A stretch of 63,040 bases of DNA, the filler included, from Bigelowiella natans CCMP2755 (lineage: Eukaryota; Protista; Cercozoa): NCBI GenBank assembly GCA_000320545.1. It is 9 parts of 9 records of this genome, joined end to end, with 100 filler letters (N's around TTAATTAATTAA, not from the genome) between each part and the next. Parts side by side here need not be neighbours in the genome. Positions count along the whole stretch, not along the records: positions 46,973 to 51,464 come from ADNK01003585.1; positions 51,565 to 58,151 come from ADNK01001765.1; positions 58,252 to 61,355 come from ADNK01003658.1; positions 61,456 to 63,040 come from ADNK01002968.1; 5 more parts are not named here. One strand, written 5' to 3'. Position numbers and translations under genes: made by a program. This document shows positions 50,417-63,040 of this stretch, one piece after another. The notes beneath the pieces are model-generated. The model did no database searches. It was not told where the DNA came from and worked only from the letters and a program-made list of their open reading frames with translations. The number at the start of each line of letters is the position of its first letter. Positions within the stretch are counted from its first letter, which is position 1.

Positions 50417-51441
50417 ATACTACACACCACCAGGCTCATGAAAGCTCTCCCTCAGAGCATTGAATTTCTCTAAAATCTTTGTTCTCTTGCTACGAAGCGC
50501 CTCGAAACGAGAGAGGTTCTCTGCGAGGAAGGCCTTTATCATCGTCTTGTAGCTGTCCTCCTCCTCCTTCTCCTCCTCCTCCTCCTTCTTCTCACCGCCC
50601 TTCTGCTTGAGCTTTTCATCCTTCATACTTTCCTCCTCCTCCTCCTCATCCTCCTTGTCGTCCTTTAGAAGTCTTTGAAACTCGTTTATTCTTGTGGTCA
50701 GCCCGATGATGAGGCTCTGGATGTCCTCAAACTCGATCTCGCACGCCGTATCGAGACCGTGGAGCTCATCTAGGAACCTTTGATTCGGCGTGTTATGCGT
50801 GTGTGCGTGCGTCTGAAACACGTACATAGTGCATACCGCATACATGCATAAATAAATTTTTCTGCCCCCCGCCCTTCCTATCCCCTCTCAGGAACCGAAT
50901 GCAATGTATTGCATGGCGGTGCTGAGGTCGCCGTCATTACTACGACGATAGCAAAACTTAAAAACAATAATTATCGCTAAGAGGGCGCCGAGTGAGAACC
51001 GATTTCATCGACGCTCGTCTCCCTCATCTCTCCTCCTCTTCTTAGGAATATATAACAATAACAGACATTTCATCCAAGGCACAGCGAACTACTCACGTGT
51101 CCCTACCCTCCGCGGCGCTCCTTGTCGACCGAGGTCGTGTGCATTACCACCACGTCGAGGAGCGACCCCTGGCCTCTCGTCATCTTCGTGCGAGCCAGGC
51201 GCGAGAGCGTGGCCAGCCTGAAGCCCTTCATCTCGCTCTGGTTGAGGATGTTTATGAACCTCAGAATGTTGCTTAGCAGCCGCCGCAAGTGTCCTGTGGT
51301 TGCCGCGGTGCTGATCTTGTCGACGGCACATTTCACGACGTCCAGCAGCTCCTCCGCGTGCGTGCAATCTGCCGGGAACGTGTAGGTGAAAAGCAGCAGC
51401 CGCAGCTTTTGGTGGACGTTTACGATCCGACCCAGCGTACC
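47882..51441 (-). CDS. Formin (C-terminal FH2 half plus long low-complexity tail), 5'-partial
   Basis: LRRLLSNILRFINILNQSEMKGFRLATLSRLARTK...SLLDVVV and DEFFKAFRDFRSDF match FH2 motifs. Confidence 0.85.
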
Positions 51442-51582
51442 TACAGAGTGGCAGAGGAAGAGGANNNNNNNNNNNNNNNNNNNNNNNNNNNNNNNNNNNN
51501 NNNNNNNNTTAATTAATTAANNNNNNNNNNNNNNNNNNNNNNNNNNNNNNNNNNNNNNNNNNNNAATTAATTAATTATATAG

Positions 51583-51616
<34 letters not shown>

Positions 51617-51635
51617 TCCCACTTAATATATTATT

Positions 51636-53209
51636 TCATAATCCGCACTGGGGAACAAAACGCAAACACAACAGATTAAATCGTCCTCTTGCTAACCTTA
51701 GAGCGGAGCAGCCTTCTCCCTCCTCCTCCTCCTCTTTCCCCGCGCACCTGCCACCCCACAGCCTGATATCATCGCAGCTTCCGGAGGCAATCAAACGCCC
51801 GTTAGGCGCCCACGCAACAGAGCACACGAATGACGTATGACCGCGTAACTCGGTGCTCCTTTTGCCGCTCCTGGTGTTCCAAATCCTTACCTTTCGAAAC
51901 GACGAGAAACCAGAGGAATAGTGTGAGAAATCTCATAGATAGGCGACAAGCTGGGAGATATCCCATCGAAACTACTGAAGTTTCCAAGCGGAGAGGGGAG
52001 GGACATCGATAGCTGTCTTGCTCAACGAGGCTCTGGCGGTAGTGTGAGTAGCACTGGCACCGCTGTCCGGCGACATCAACTTGTGCACTGCCCACTACCG
52101 CCAACGGGAGCTGGCCTCCCCAGTAAAAAGCACTCTCGTTGCGCTGGCGCTTGCACTCGGGGCACAGCAAGGCGAGCGCCACATCGCTCGTGTCCGCTTT
52201 GCCAGAGATTTCTATCGATTGACGGTGTGCAGCTAAATACATACATACATACATACATACATGCAATGCATGCAATACATACACATACATACATACATGC
52301 ATACCGCATCGGCGTGCCAGCTTCCCGAGGCAACTTCGCGGCCGGAGGGGGACCAGGATATTGACCACAAAGAGCTAGAGGACGCATCGATGGTACGCTC
52401 CAGCGTGTACATGTTCTCCGCCCCCCTCTTCCAGATGTGGATTGACTCTTCCTTGGCCCCTGTCGCCAGGAACTTGCTGTCCGGTGACCATTGCACCGAG
52501 CGTACGACGCGGGAGTGCTGCAGGGTGGCCAAAAGTCTGTACCCCTCGGCGACGAGGTGGAGATTCACGGTCTTGTTGTCGCAGCCCGTTCCTGCGTGCG
52601 GCACAGCCGGAATTGTTCATAATCGGTGGTGATGATGATGACGATGATGATGATGGTGATGATGACGATGATGATGTGATTAGCATTGGAAAACAGCTGT
52701 CAGCAGAGTTTTTTTTTCGAAACATCTGGACAGGTAAGCTTTAATTTTTGTGCGTTTCGCTGGGCATCCCTGGCCCCTCTTTTTGCTGTGTCTAGTTTGC
52801 CTTGCAAGATGCATAACGAGGAGAGTTCAAAAGAAGAGCGGAGGGGGGAAGGGGGCCAGGAAAGCACATCATGCTACCTAGCGTACTGCCATCGGGGGAC
52901 CACGCCACCTGATTGAAGAATGAATTATCATCATAGAGTAAATTAATCACATCTCAACGGCAATCTGCTGACACACGAACTTGTGTTCTTTCTGGTGCTG
53001 TTCCTGCTATACATGGTAATAATACGTTTCTATTACCGCGTTGACTCCTTGAGAGTGGTGAAGTACACACTCCAGCTTGAAGTTTCGAAGGGCGTTCCAA
53101 ATATGGACAGTTCTATCGCACCAATATTTGCCCATAGGCTATATCACTTCGTGGTGATCGCTTATCGTGCGTACCATCCTCGTTTTATACCATTCACCAA
53201 ACAAGGGAG

Positions 53210-53259
<50 letters not shown>

Positions 53260-53698
53260 AGGCACCTGTCCTCGCTAGCAGACGCTAACTTGGTTCCATC
53301 TGGCGACCAAGCTACAGCATGGACTGCCCCGGTGTGCACATCGAGTACCAGCGGCTGTTCGAAGAAAAGAATAGGAAACAACTCAATGTATGTAGACGAG
53401 GAAGGCGAGAGGAGAAAAATAAAAGTATGCGGGCCATCCCCCTCCATACCAAAGCTGGATCGGTTGAATGGGAACCTAGATAGTAGCACGATTTCTTCTT
53501 GTATATGACTGTCACCTTCTTTCCGAACGGCGCCCAGTTTATCTCCATGCAGTCTCGAATAATCTTCACTAAGGGGGAAGGTAGCTCTGTGAAACAAGCG
53601 CACAGCTCCATGGCTTTGTCGATATGCCGCTTCATGCTGGTCTTTTCTCCTCCTCCTCCACCTCCTACGTTGTCGTCCTGTGTATGTTTGTCGTCCAT
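51636..53698 (-). CDS. WD40-repeat protein with a possible N-terminal F-box-like motif; ends approximate
   Basis: HTGAVHAVAWSPDGTKLASASED, VRSVQWSPDSKFLATGAKEESIHIW, SVAWAPNGRLIASGSCD; N-terminal LPSPLVKIIRDC. Confidence 0.88.
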
Positions 53699-54772
53699 TC
53701 GTTTCCCGACGGGCCTTGCCTGGTAGAGTTGCTTCCAACGAACGAATCTCCGTGGAATGCTGTGCATGATTGGCAAATGTAAATAAGAACCTCGTAGAGT
53801 GGATCCGAATAGGAAGGGAGAAGGAAACAGACGATGATTTCCCGTTTGAAAAATTAGTCAACATTGCCATGACCATCGCTGACGGCCATTGAACGGGATT
53901 CAAAACCGAAAGATTTGGCTCTCTACGGAAGTAAATTCCGGCTCACAAAACGTCTACTCAGTGAACCTCGCATCCATGATACATTCGAAAGGGGTGAGAA
54001 GTTGTTGTTCCTGCACGTACGTTGGGGGAAAGCAGCCACTAAACCTTTCGGGTCGATATTTAGAGCTAGGTCGATAAAAAATATCAACCTTTGCTAAAAA
54101 TCCAGTCCTTTTTCACATAATAATATTCATTTTCCGTTGTCTCCTCCTAGAGAAGCCGAAGATGAACAAAGAGTTTCCCGGAAAAGCTACCATGAACAAA
54201 TGGCATCAGTTACCGGATATGTAAGCACGTGTGTGTTGGCTTCAGAAGTTTGTCGCAGTAAAAATGGATAGGGTTCTTCAGTGACGACATCTCACTGTTG
54301 CGATTTATGACGAAAATTGGACAAAGCCTTAGGCATTTAAGCGCGATTCGAGCTTGAATGCATGTAAAGAGTAGTGGTTCATCAATTGATCTCGTTCAAA
54401 AAAACTGGCGGGAAATTAAAATTTCAAAAAAAATGCAAAAAAAATATGTTGAACATCCACCTCGCTTCCGTCCATGATGTTTTTTTCAAACGACAACCAG
54501 GGAATCCGAGAGTTTACAAAAATCTCGGAACTTTCTCAGACTTTTCTCTGCTCCCCAGGTTTCAATCGCGAATCCGCTCTCGACCTTGTCGCAGCATGAA
54601 AATCTAGACGATTCTTTCTGTTCTGTGCGGCAGCCGCTGCATCACTCGGATCGCGTGCTACTGCACCTCACAATCCGCACCCATTCACAACCACCCCTAA
54701 CACCAGTACCACCATTTATATCCCCCCCAACACCAGTACACCAGTACAAAGCTAAGGATCCAGACCAAGACC

Positions 54773-56131
54773 ATGAAGAGACGAGGACCACAGTTACCCT
54801 CGTCACAGCTATCCTTCCGTGATGTCGTCAGGCGCGGTAAAATTGCAGAACCTAGAAAGAAAAACGAGGGTAAAGATGATACGATTAGGCTACGCAAGGT
54901 GGAACCCCTCCAACAGCTGGGATTTTTCCGGCGCATAACCACGGACATGGTTGTCACGGCGGTGGAAAATGTGCTGCAGCCAGTACTACATGACTCCCAG
55001 AATATCGCCAAGATAGTAGGATTATACGTGGATCTTACAATTTATGACGCGTTTGAACTCATCGAATGGTTGATTGGACTCCGAGAGCGCCGGATTAGAT
55101 ATAAGAGATGTAGGATAACACACGAATACGAAGTCGTTATGCAAAACACACTGCGGATAGGAGGAGGAGGAGGAGGAGGAGGAGGAGGAGGACTAGTTTA
55201 TTCAGTCGCCGAGGAGAAGGGAGGAATCAAGGAAAGCAAAACAGTTGATAAAATGTTCATAACCTTGAAGAGGGAACTAGAATCCGCTAAATTGGCAGGA
55301 GATGATTTACAAAGAGACGAGGAAAGGAGACTAGGGCTGGTCTTGCCGATTCTATTTAAAATTACGCAAATTACCAAAAATATACGAATAAAGAGAGGAA
55401 GGGCAGAGCAGGGACCCATCTCACGAATCCCCCCCGGCATTCGTCTATTGAAGAACCTCTCAGTCCTCTCTCTGAAAGACACTGCAATTCAGGAAATCCC
55501 GAACGAAATCGGAGAACTCCGCCAGCTGAAGAAATTAGCTGTCGATGGTGGGAAGCTGCAGTGTGTCCCGCGAGAGATTGCTTTTCTAAAGGAGTCTCTA
55601 ACGCAGCTCTCATTCAGTCGCAACTCCTTCCAAGGAATTCCCCACACGTTAAGGGCTCTCAAGAACTTAAAAGAGCTCTCCATGCGAAAGAATAGGGTTC
55701 GTGAAATCCCCCCATGGATTTGGGAGGACCTAGAAGAGCTCGAGGGCTTAGACGTCTCAAATTGCCTCATTGATGAGCTCCCTGCCTCCCTTTCCAGGCT
55801 GAAATGGCTCAGGGTGATCAACGCGAGCAACAATCTTATTTACAAGATCCCAGAGAGTCTAGCCGACTCGAACTTAAAGTATTTAAATCTCATGAATTGC
55901 AAGATCGACAGATTCTCTGTGCCTGAGAAGGTCGTCCGTGCTGCACAGGCATCCGTTGATGCGGGTTTTGTGGTGAAGAATGTCCCTCCCAAAGGAAGAA
56001 TGAATCTGTACCTTTACGGAAATGCCGGGTTCTATCCGCTCCTGAGGTTGTTTGGATCGTGTGTCGATGGCACTATAGTACAGATCCATTCTGCATTGAA
56101 CCACCAGGCAAGAGGTGCATCTGCATTCTAA
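54773..56131 (+). CDS. Leucine-rich repeat protein, intronless, 452 aa
   Basis: Repeated LxxLxxLxLxxNxLxxIP units (LKNLSVLSLKDTAIQEIP, LKNLKELSMRKNRVREIP, LRVINASNNLIYKIP). Confidence 0.9.
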   Translation: MKRRGPQLPSSQLSFRDVVRRGKIAEPRKKNEGKDDTIRLRKVEPLQQLGFFRRITTDMVVTAVENVLQPVLHDSQNIAKIVGLYVDLTIYDAFELIEWLIGLRERRIRYKRCRITHEYEVVMQNTLRIGGGGGGGGGGGLVYSVAEEKGGIKESKTVDKMFITLKRELESAKLAGDDLQRDEERRLGLVLPILFKITQITKNIRIKRGRAEQGPISRIPPGIRLLKNLSVLSLKDTAIQEIPNEIGELRQLKKLAVDGGKLQCVPREIAFLKESLTQLSFSRNSFQGIPHTLRALKNLKELSMRKNRVREIPPWIWEDLEELEGLDVSNCLIDELPASLSRLKWLRVINASNNLIYKIPESLADSNLKYLNLMNCKIDRFSVPEKVVRAAQASVDAGFVVKNVPPKGRMNLYLYGNAGFYPLLRLFGSCVDGTIVQIHSALNHQARGASAF

Positions 56132-56204
56132 AAGTGGCCACAACGAGTGTGTGCAGCGGCGTTACGCGGCGTTGACGAATCGATAATGCCGGTTTTATAT
56201 ACAG

Positions 56205-56285
56205 GGATGTGCCATGAGACGGATGGCAACGAAATAAGTTATTACATTTTTCAATTGTTATCCTAATTATAATTTAGCTAAGCAG
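56205..56285 (+). repeat. Dispersed repeat family, degenerate copy 5
   Basis: catgagacggatggcaacg...catttttcaattgttatcctaat. Confidence 0.6.
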
Positions 56286-56993
56286 TGATGTGTTATGTGT
56301 GTCTAAACGTAATATGAAGCACTGTGCAACGAATAGGGCGCGTACACGCGCTGTCTAGCTAGCTAGCTGTGGCGAATGCCAGTCGCACGCGGCATGATTT
56401 GCACGCTCGCGCAGAACTGTTTGCATGAGATCCATCTAGTCCATGCCAATTGCTCACGTCATCATCACGTCCGATGGCACTAGGTGCATGTGAGCATTGT
56501 TGCATTAATTGTTGGAATGAATGGAACGAAATGCGTTGCTTGTGCGATGGCCTCTATCTAGGGCCTGGCCATGCATGATGATTCCTTGCATCTTTAAGGC
56601 ATGCACACATCTGGACAATCACGGCGTACATTATGAAATGGAACACACGTTCTTGCATGAACCTTGACCGTCTAAGCGGTGTCTCCAACGTTGTATGCTC
56701 GTACGATGGCTATGCTGAGAAGGGAGCGAACCGTTTTCCCCCCTCTCCACACTACTTCTCCTATTATACGTCAAATCAAAAGTCGTCAAAGTTATCATCG
56801 AGCTGGGTTGTCCTCAGCTCTGAACATTGAGCGAGAAACTTATGCAAACATCCAATGGCGGTGCATGTAGTATTAACTGACACAGTTTACACACAGCGCA
56901 GGTTCAAAAACCACTATCGATGCTGTTGCTGCTGGACTTTGTCCGCGACTCAAAACAATTATTCACAGGTGCTCCACATCCATTCTACCAGAC

Positions 56994-57772
56994 CTAATCG
57001 TGATGGATCGATCGTCCGTGGTCCGACGATATTGTCATTTCTACTGACCTGAAGGTACGAATTTTGCTGTATAGATACGCCGCATCTTTCGCCGCCTTAG
57101 AATCCTCCTCCTTCGAATACTGACCGCACATCATAGTACATTGAATAATGCGGCGGCTACTAGTGCAACCGAGACTATTAAGAAATAAAAGATTTCCTGG
57201 AATCGTCACCATTCCCCATCCTCATCAAAACTCGTCTCGAATGCCCCCTCTACCGAGGTAAAAATAGCAGTAGTGTGCAGGTTGAAATAGCGATTTTTTG
57301 ACAACCTTATTCATTCTGCCCCTCTTCTCAAGGCAGCTGACAATCGATTGGTCAAGCTTTGTGTTCTTGATCCACAGCTCCCTCTGCTGATAAGTTGTTA
57401 CTCGTTTGTTGGTCATATCAATCTAGCGTGTCTGGTTGCATCATTTCTTTTCAAGTTTTCCTCCTTTGCATTTGCGCCGCTGCTACTGTTCATTTCATTC
57501 CGTACCGTGTGATTATGCGTTCCCGTGGGGGTTCAAAGTGAAAAAGCGGCTTGATCCTGCGACACGACTCTAGTTGCGTCGCGGGATTTAAAGCCATCAA
57601 AATCTACAGTCTCCCTGATCTCGCTCACCTTCTCCTGTGAAGTCGCGGCGGCGTATAAGGGAAGGGGATCATCCGCGTTGGAGGACGAAGAAACGATAGC
57701 ATTCAGCTCACGAAAGCAGCCGTGGCTCCTCTGGATGATGAGAGACGAGAGAATTATGTGCGATGCGAAGAG

Positions 57773-57803
<31 letters not shown>

Positions 57804-57900
57804 CTAAAGTATATGCAGAAATGCCGTGACCTGAATCGAGGGTTCTATCGTCATGTAAGCTGCGATGAGATAGCTAGCGCTCTTGCCGTGCGCGTTCAGC
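56994..57900 (-). CDS. Probable 3' exons of an unknown gene
   Basis: Several GT-AG-bounded open segments (LNAHGKSASYLIAAYMTIEPSIQ, RSHGCFRELNAIV..., MVTIPGNLLFLNSLGC...); frame joins not fully resolved. Confidence 0.4.
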
Positions 57901-57969
57901 TTGTTGTTACATTTAGTTTCCACGGGGATTTAGAGGCGTACAGAAGAGAAGTTTGCCGCAAAGCGATAG

Positions 57970-58008
<39 letters not shown>

Positions 58009-58496
58009 CGAAATCAAGATCTGCATCAGAGCCGCAACCCCCCTTTTCCCTCTTCCCTTCTTTTCTTGTTCTCCCTCCCCCCCCCCCCCCCGCCCCCCCC
58101 GTCCTCCTGCGACAACTACTACAACAGCATATATGCTACCACCTGCGTTCGNNNNNNNNNNNNNNNNNNNNNNNNNNNNNNNNNNNNNNNNNNNNTTAAT
58201 TAATTAANNNNNNNNNNNNNNNNNNNNNNNNNNNNNNNNNNNNNNNNNNNNGTCCTTTTTTTTTTGTGGATGATCAGCAATACCTCGAAGTTGTATACCA
58301 CCCCCCCCCACCCTCTTTTTTTTTTCTACCCCCCCTTACGGATATTGAAACCCCCCGGGGGCCCGGTGTGAACGAGAATTTGTTTGAGGCCTCCAAAGGC
58401 TAATAAATGATGATTATCCCGATGAGGGGGCCAGCGTCTTTCTTGATGAGTGTACTATATGTGTGTGCGACCAGGTGCATCTGCAGTAAGGTTATG

Positions 58497-58541
<45 letters not shown>

Positions 58542-58709
58542 TATATAAATGTGTGTGAGAGTTGGGGGGGGGGCGGGGGAGGAGGGATTGCCGATCTGCT
58601 TTCAACGAGAGATTCTATCTAACGAAGGACGTCGATAAAGCACACATCCCCATCACCACCACCACCACCAGCCAACCATTAAGTATTTGCTCTCCCGCTG
58701 CAAATTGGT

Positions 58710-59793
58710 AAGTCAATGGCGCCTCGCCCTCCGCTACTATCGTCCCTCGGAACACCGTCTCATATCTGTCAAAAGGAGCACAAGAACAATGCAAATGTAT
58801 TTTACATTATATCTACAATAACTAACAAATGTAGTTACGCGATTCCGTTGGTAGAAGGAGAAACAGTAGTGTCCTCCCCAAAGATTCTCGGAGGCATTGG
58901 TACAATCACTGAGAAGGCGTCCTGGAGGGGGGGGAGTAGGAAATGTATATGTTTTTATTACAATAAAGCAACACATCGCTACTACTAGGGAAGATGAGAT
59001 CATGGTTTTTAATATTGGCTATTTATATCATTACATTGAGGTCGCACCGGTGGTTCTAAAAAAGCAACTACTCACCGACGAGACAGCGCCTACTGAACGT
59101 GAGTCTCTGACGACGATCCTCACCACATAAGAACCTGCGTCCAGCAAGGAGACTGGGTGCTGCAGGATGGGGGCTCTTGACACGACCGGCTGATGAGTTG
59201 AACGTTAAGCGCGTGAGGAGGAAGAAGAGTATTCAAGGCAAGGGATGAAAAGCCCCTCGATATCAACGGGTTGTTTGCTGAAGATGCACACGGTGTAGAT
59301 TTAAGAGTGCAAAAGAGAAAGAATAGCTCTGCCCCCCCCCCCCCCACTAAAATCGCCCTGGGACTATGTACCGGGGGGGTTGCGTCTTGAAGGTTTTCGG
59401 ATTCCAAAGTGATAGTCCATTCGTATAGAAGGACGTCTTGATCGGAAAGGACGAGGTTGGAGGGAACAGCGTCTACTGATGCACGAATTCCTAGTGGGTA
59501 ATGATGATGATGATGACGATGATGACGATGATGACGATGATGACGATGATGATGATGATAATGACGATGCTGGAGGGCATGATGATGATGATGATGATGA
59601 TGATAATAATGATTGCAATGATGGCGACGGGGCTGCGTCTTATTAGTGTTGCGAAGTGTGCGCACTGTATGTGATGGTATTCATGAAAATAAAAGAGTAA
59701 TCACATAATTATGCTTATCAAATATGTGTGTGTGTGTGTGTGTGCTGACACTCGCCCTCACCCCATTTGTCACCGTATACGCACAATATATAT

Positions 59794-59833
<40 letters not shown>

Positions 59834-60020
59834 TATAGATATTCAAGGTAATAATGATTGAAATTCAACATACTTGAGGTCGGGGGTACCACATCAGGCC
59901 CATCATATATCAGGAAAATGGATGGAGATCCCTGCAACAGCCGCAGACGTCACATGGTGAGATGGTGCTTTCACCAGATCGAGGCTCTCGTGAGAGAAGA
60001 TCATGATATATCTTAATGAA

Positions 60021-60068
<48 letters not shown>

Positions 60069-60092
60069 ATATACATCTTCATGAAATAAAAT

Positions 60093-60128
<36 letters not shown>

Positions 60129-60362
60129 CTAGGTATTCCTTATGAATTCACTCGATAAACGCTAACGAATTTATAGCTACCAGCTGCGTTGGGGTCCTGG
60201 TGGTTGGTGCAGATGTAGGAGACATGCTCGTGGGAGAAATAGAAGGCCTTGAAGTCGGGCACGTGGTCGTCTATACACAATGCACGCATCAGCGCATAAG
60301 CAGCTCAAATGAACTAGAATATGCTGCTGCCATCAGCCCTCCTGATTGATTTGGCCTTACGG

Positions 60363-60400
<38 letters not shown>

Positions 60401-60643
60401 TCCCCCTCTCTTGATATGTCTAACACATGGTGTATATATATATATATATATATACATGCATACTAGCAAGGGAAGGTAAAAGCGGCAGTTTCGGCCTTGA
60501 TTAACTTTGCTGCTGCTCACTGACCAGTGTTTGGGATGTAGGCGTTGCGGTTGCAGGAGAGAGAGACGGGGCTTGTGTAAGGGGGGATTTGGTAGGGGAG
60601 GAGGAGGGGGAAGGTGTTGGGCTATCTGTGACCTGTAGAGTGC

Positions 60644-60692
<49 letters not shown>

Positions 60693-61105
60693 GAAGGAAG
60701 TAATGAACATCCCAGGCTGCTTTGATAATGTTCCGATGTGTTTGTGCATGGCTTGAAATGTACGATATAGATTATACCTTTTCTCATGTAGATTATGCGT
60801 GTGTTTGTGTGTGTACAAAAACCATTTTACATTAAGTTGTTGTATGCGTGAGTTGATTTTACACGTACAAAGAGGCAACGCAACCAGCCCCTCTCTCATG
60901 CTCTCTTTTCATTTTACAGCAACATGCACAGCAAATGGCTCTAACCGTGATAGTGGGGCAAAGAGTCTCCCCCCCCACCGTCGGCATCGCTGTCGTAGGA
61001 GAGAGGGAGGGCATGGCTGTGGAGGGGGTGGCACTGGGATTCAACGTGGTAGGTGATAACGTGGGACTGATAGTCAATTGAGGCGTGGGAAACGCAGTTG
61101 TACCT
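58710..61105 (-). CDS. Internal exons of a cell-surface or secreted protein with PTxSPT mucin-like repeats, possibly REJ-like
   Basis: ISPTLSPTTLNPSATPSTAMPSLSPTTAMPT, SPTPSPSSSPTKSPLTQAPSLSP, SPTSMSPTSAPTTRTPT and VLLYEWTI. Confidence 0.6.
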
Positions 61106-61213
61106 GTGCGACGGGCAAAGAATGAAACGCGAAAGAGCAATGAAGATTTATTGATTTATTGTTCGTTTGTGCTCAGAGGAAGTGTTTTGCTTGAATTGTT
61201 ACACTTCCGGACT

Positions 61214-61263
<50 letters not shown>

Positions 61264-61266
61264 GTG

Positions 61267-61299
<33 letters not shown>

Positions 61300-61455
61300 A
61301 TTTGAATACACAAATGGATGATTCATTTGTGTAACATTTCGTCTCCTGGGCATAGNNNNNNNNNNNNNNNNNNNNNNNNNNNNNNNNNNNNNNNNNNNNT
61401 TAATTAATTAANNNNNNNNNNNNNNNNNNNNNNNNNNNNNNNNNNNNNNNNNNNN

Positions 61456-61489
<34 letters not shown>

Positions 61490-61500
61490 GCGTGTGTGTA

Positions 61501-61531
<31 letters not shown>

Positions 61532-61607
61532 ATGGATAGCCCGTTGTTGATGTGATCATTCAATATACCATCCCCCATAAACAAAAACCATTGTTTTAAC
61601 TTAATAC

Positions 61608-61634
61608 AATGCTGACGATGTTAAGGAAGGGCAT

Positions 61635-61676
<42 letters not shown>

Positions 61677-62304
61677 CTCGCTCTCGCTCTCTCTTCCACA
61701 CACACACGCACACACACACTCACACACACACACACACAGAGGCGCGCAGGGCGATCTGTGCTGCAGGCATATCATACGCCGATAGAACCAAGTGCAGCAT
61801 GCAGCGAAGCGCACTCACATCCGCAAAACACACGCACGCACCTCCACACTTGCAATATGCACCAAAGCCTTCCAATACAACAATCTACACGCATATACAT
61901 ATGTGTATACAAATACATAAATTATAGGCTAATATCTTCTCATTGACCTCATTGGAACACTGAACTGAAGCATGCTCGAAACCTTGCGAAATGCCTTTCC
62001 CCATCTACAATATAAATAAATATAATATATATATATATATATATATATAAATATCATATACACATAAACCACTACACATTGTATACTGCAGCAGCATCAT
62101 GCATAGCTCATATGAGCGACGCTCTCGTTGGCCACAGCATTTAACGATATATCGCTGTTTCACGATGAGCGATGAGAATCAGCAAGCGAGGCAAGGACCA
62201 CCTCTTCTTTCTCCATTGAGAATACGACTTTCTCTCGACTAGAATGGACGGAACGATCTTCCAAACAAATAAACAAACAGCGCGCATACACACACACAAA
62301 CACA

Positions 62305-62344
<40 letters not shown>

Positions 62345-62701
62345 AGACACAGTACACACAATACACACACACACACACACACACACACTCACTCAGTGTA
62401 CACGCGCGAAACAACGTCATGTAATGACCACGATCGAAGTCCATCATCAACCCACATACAATCTCAGAGCTCTCGCAAGTGCACTCCTCCTCACCCCAAC
62501 TTCTATTTCCGAGGTCTTCACGAGGTCACGACCGAGTTGAAAGAATTTAGGCTAAGCAAAGTGAAGGAGGGGGGAGGGGGGGGGGGGGGGGGCGGTCAAG
62601 GTTAAAAAGTCAAAAAAACACATAAAACAATTATAGACATTTATATGTATATACCGATAAAGGCGACTCTCTAAGGCTGCAAAATGAGCAAGGCGAACGA
62701 G

Positions 62702-62733
<32 letters not shown>

Positions 62734-62848
62734 ATCCTTGAATCGCAGTGGTCATCGTGCAATAGCAACCGCATCCTCTCGCGCTTGAAAAGAGAAGAAC
62801 AGCATATTCTTACAGGGTGCGATCCATTTGCCATCAGCACTGTCCTTG
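61608..62848 (-). CDS. Short internal exons of an unidentified gene
   Basis: Exon-like pieces ENHKDSADGKWIAP, PKFFQLGRDLVKTSEIE, WGKAFRK and IMPFLNIVSI, separated by microsatellite introns. Confidence 0.35.
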
Positions 62849-62882
62849 TGATTCTCTCTGCCGTTAGGTCTCTAATATATCA

Positions 62883-62920
<38 letters not shown>

Positions 62921-63040
62921 ATGTGTGTGTGTGTGCGTGTAAAGACTATCTGTCATGGTGAGTCCCCAAACGCACTCTTTTAGAGCTGCAATCGAGCTCA
63001 AGTCGCACCCCCCCCCCAGACGCGCAGATACCTGGAAGAG

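Noticed and set aside
1-63040. tRNA, rRNA or CRISPR arrays
   Set aside because: No cloverleaf, rRNA-like or repeat-spacer structure was recognised by eye.

Overview
Intron-rich eukaryotic nuclear DNA. The N-terminal leader of one gene suggests an alga with a secondary plastid, probably a chlorarachniophyte (inference). The window is nine contigs joined by eight artificial 100-nt spacers (44 N + TTAATTAATTAA + 44 N), and several spacers cut genes, so adjacency across them is not guaranteed. About 22 spliced genes or gene fragments are readable: an AP2-like factor, a sirtuin, a 7TM protein, an ABRA/Costars protein, an RBM25-like PWI protein, a 3-RRM protein, a DUF938/METTL26-like protein, a plastid-targeted alpha/beta hydrolase, an MBD4-like glycosylase, SARNP/Tho1, a PH + class III cyclase, a formin, WD40 and LRR proteins, and several unknowns. 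Introns are full of microsatellites. The main unexplained signal is a set of intergenic islands in which TpA has almost vanished. One island is a LINE reverse-transcriptase remnant whose conserved Tyr codons now read His or Cys (TAY->CAY/TGY). The few surviving TpA sites in the three cleanest islands are all CTA or TAG. This looks like a repeat-directed A:T->G:C hypermutation at TpA, opposite in direction to fungal RIP. Related CTAG/CATG/TGCA-rich islands, often carrying one dispersed repeat, sit downstream of gene 3' ends, mostly between convergent genes, and are absent from most divergent promoter regions. Exon boundaries and dinucleotide counts were done by eye and are approximate.
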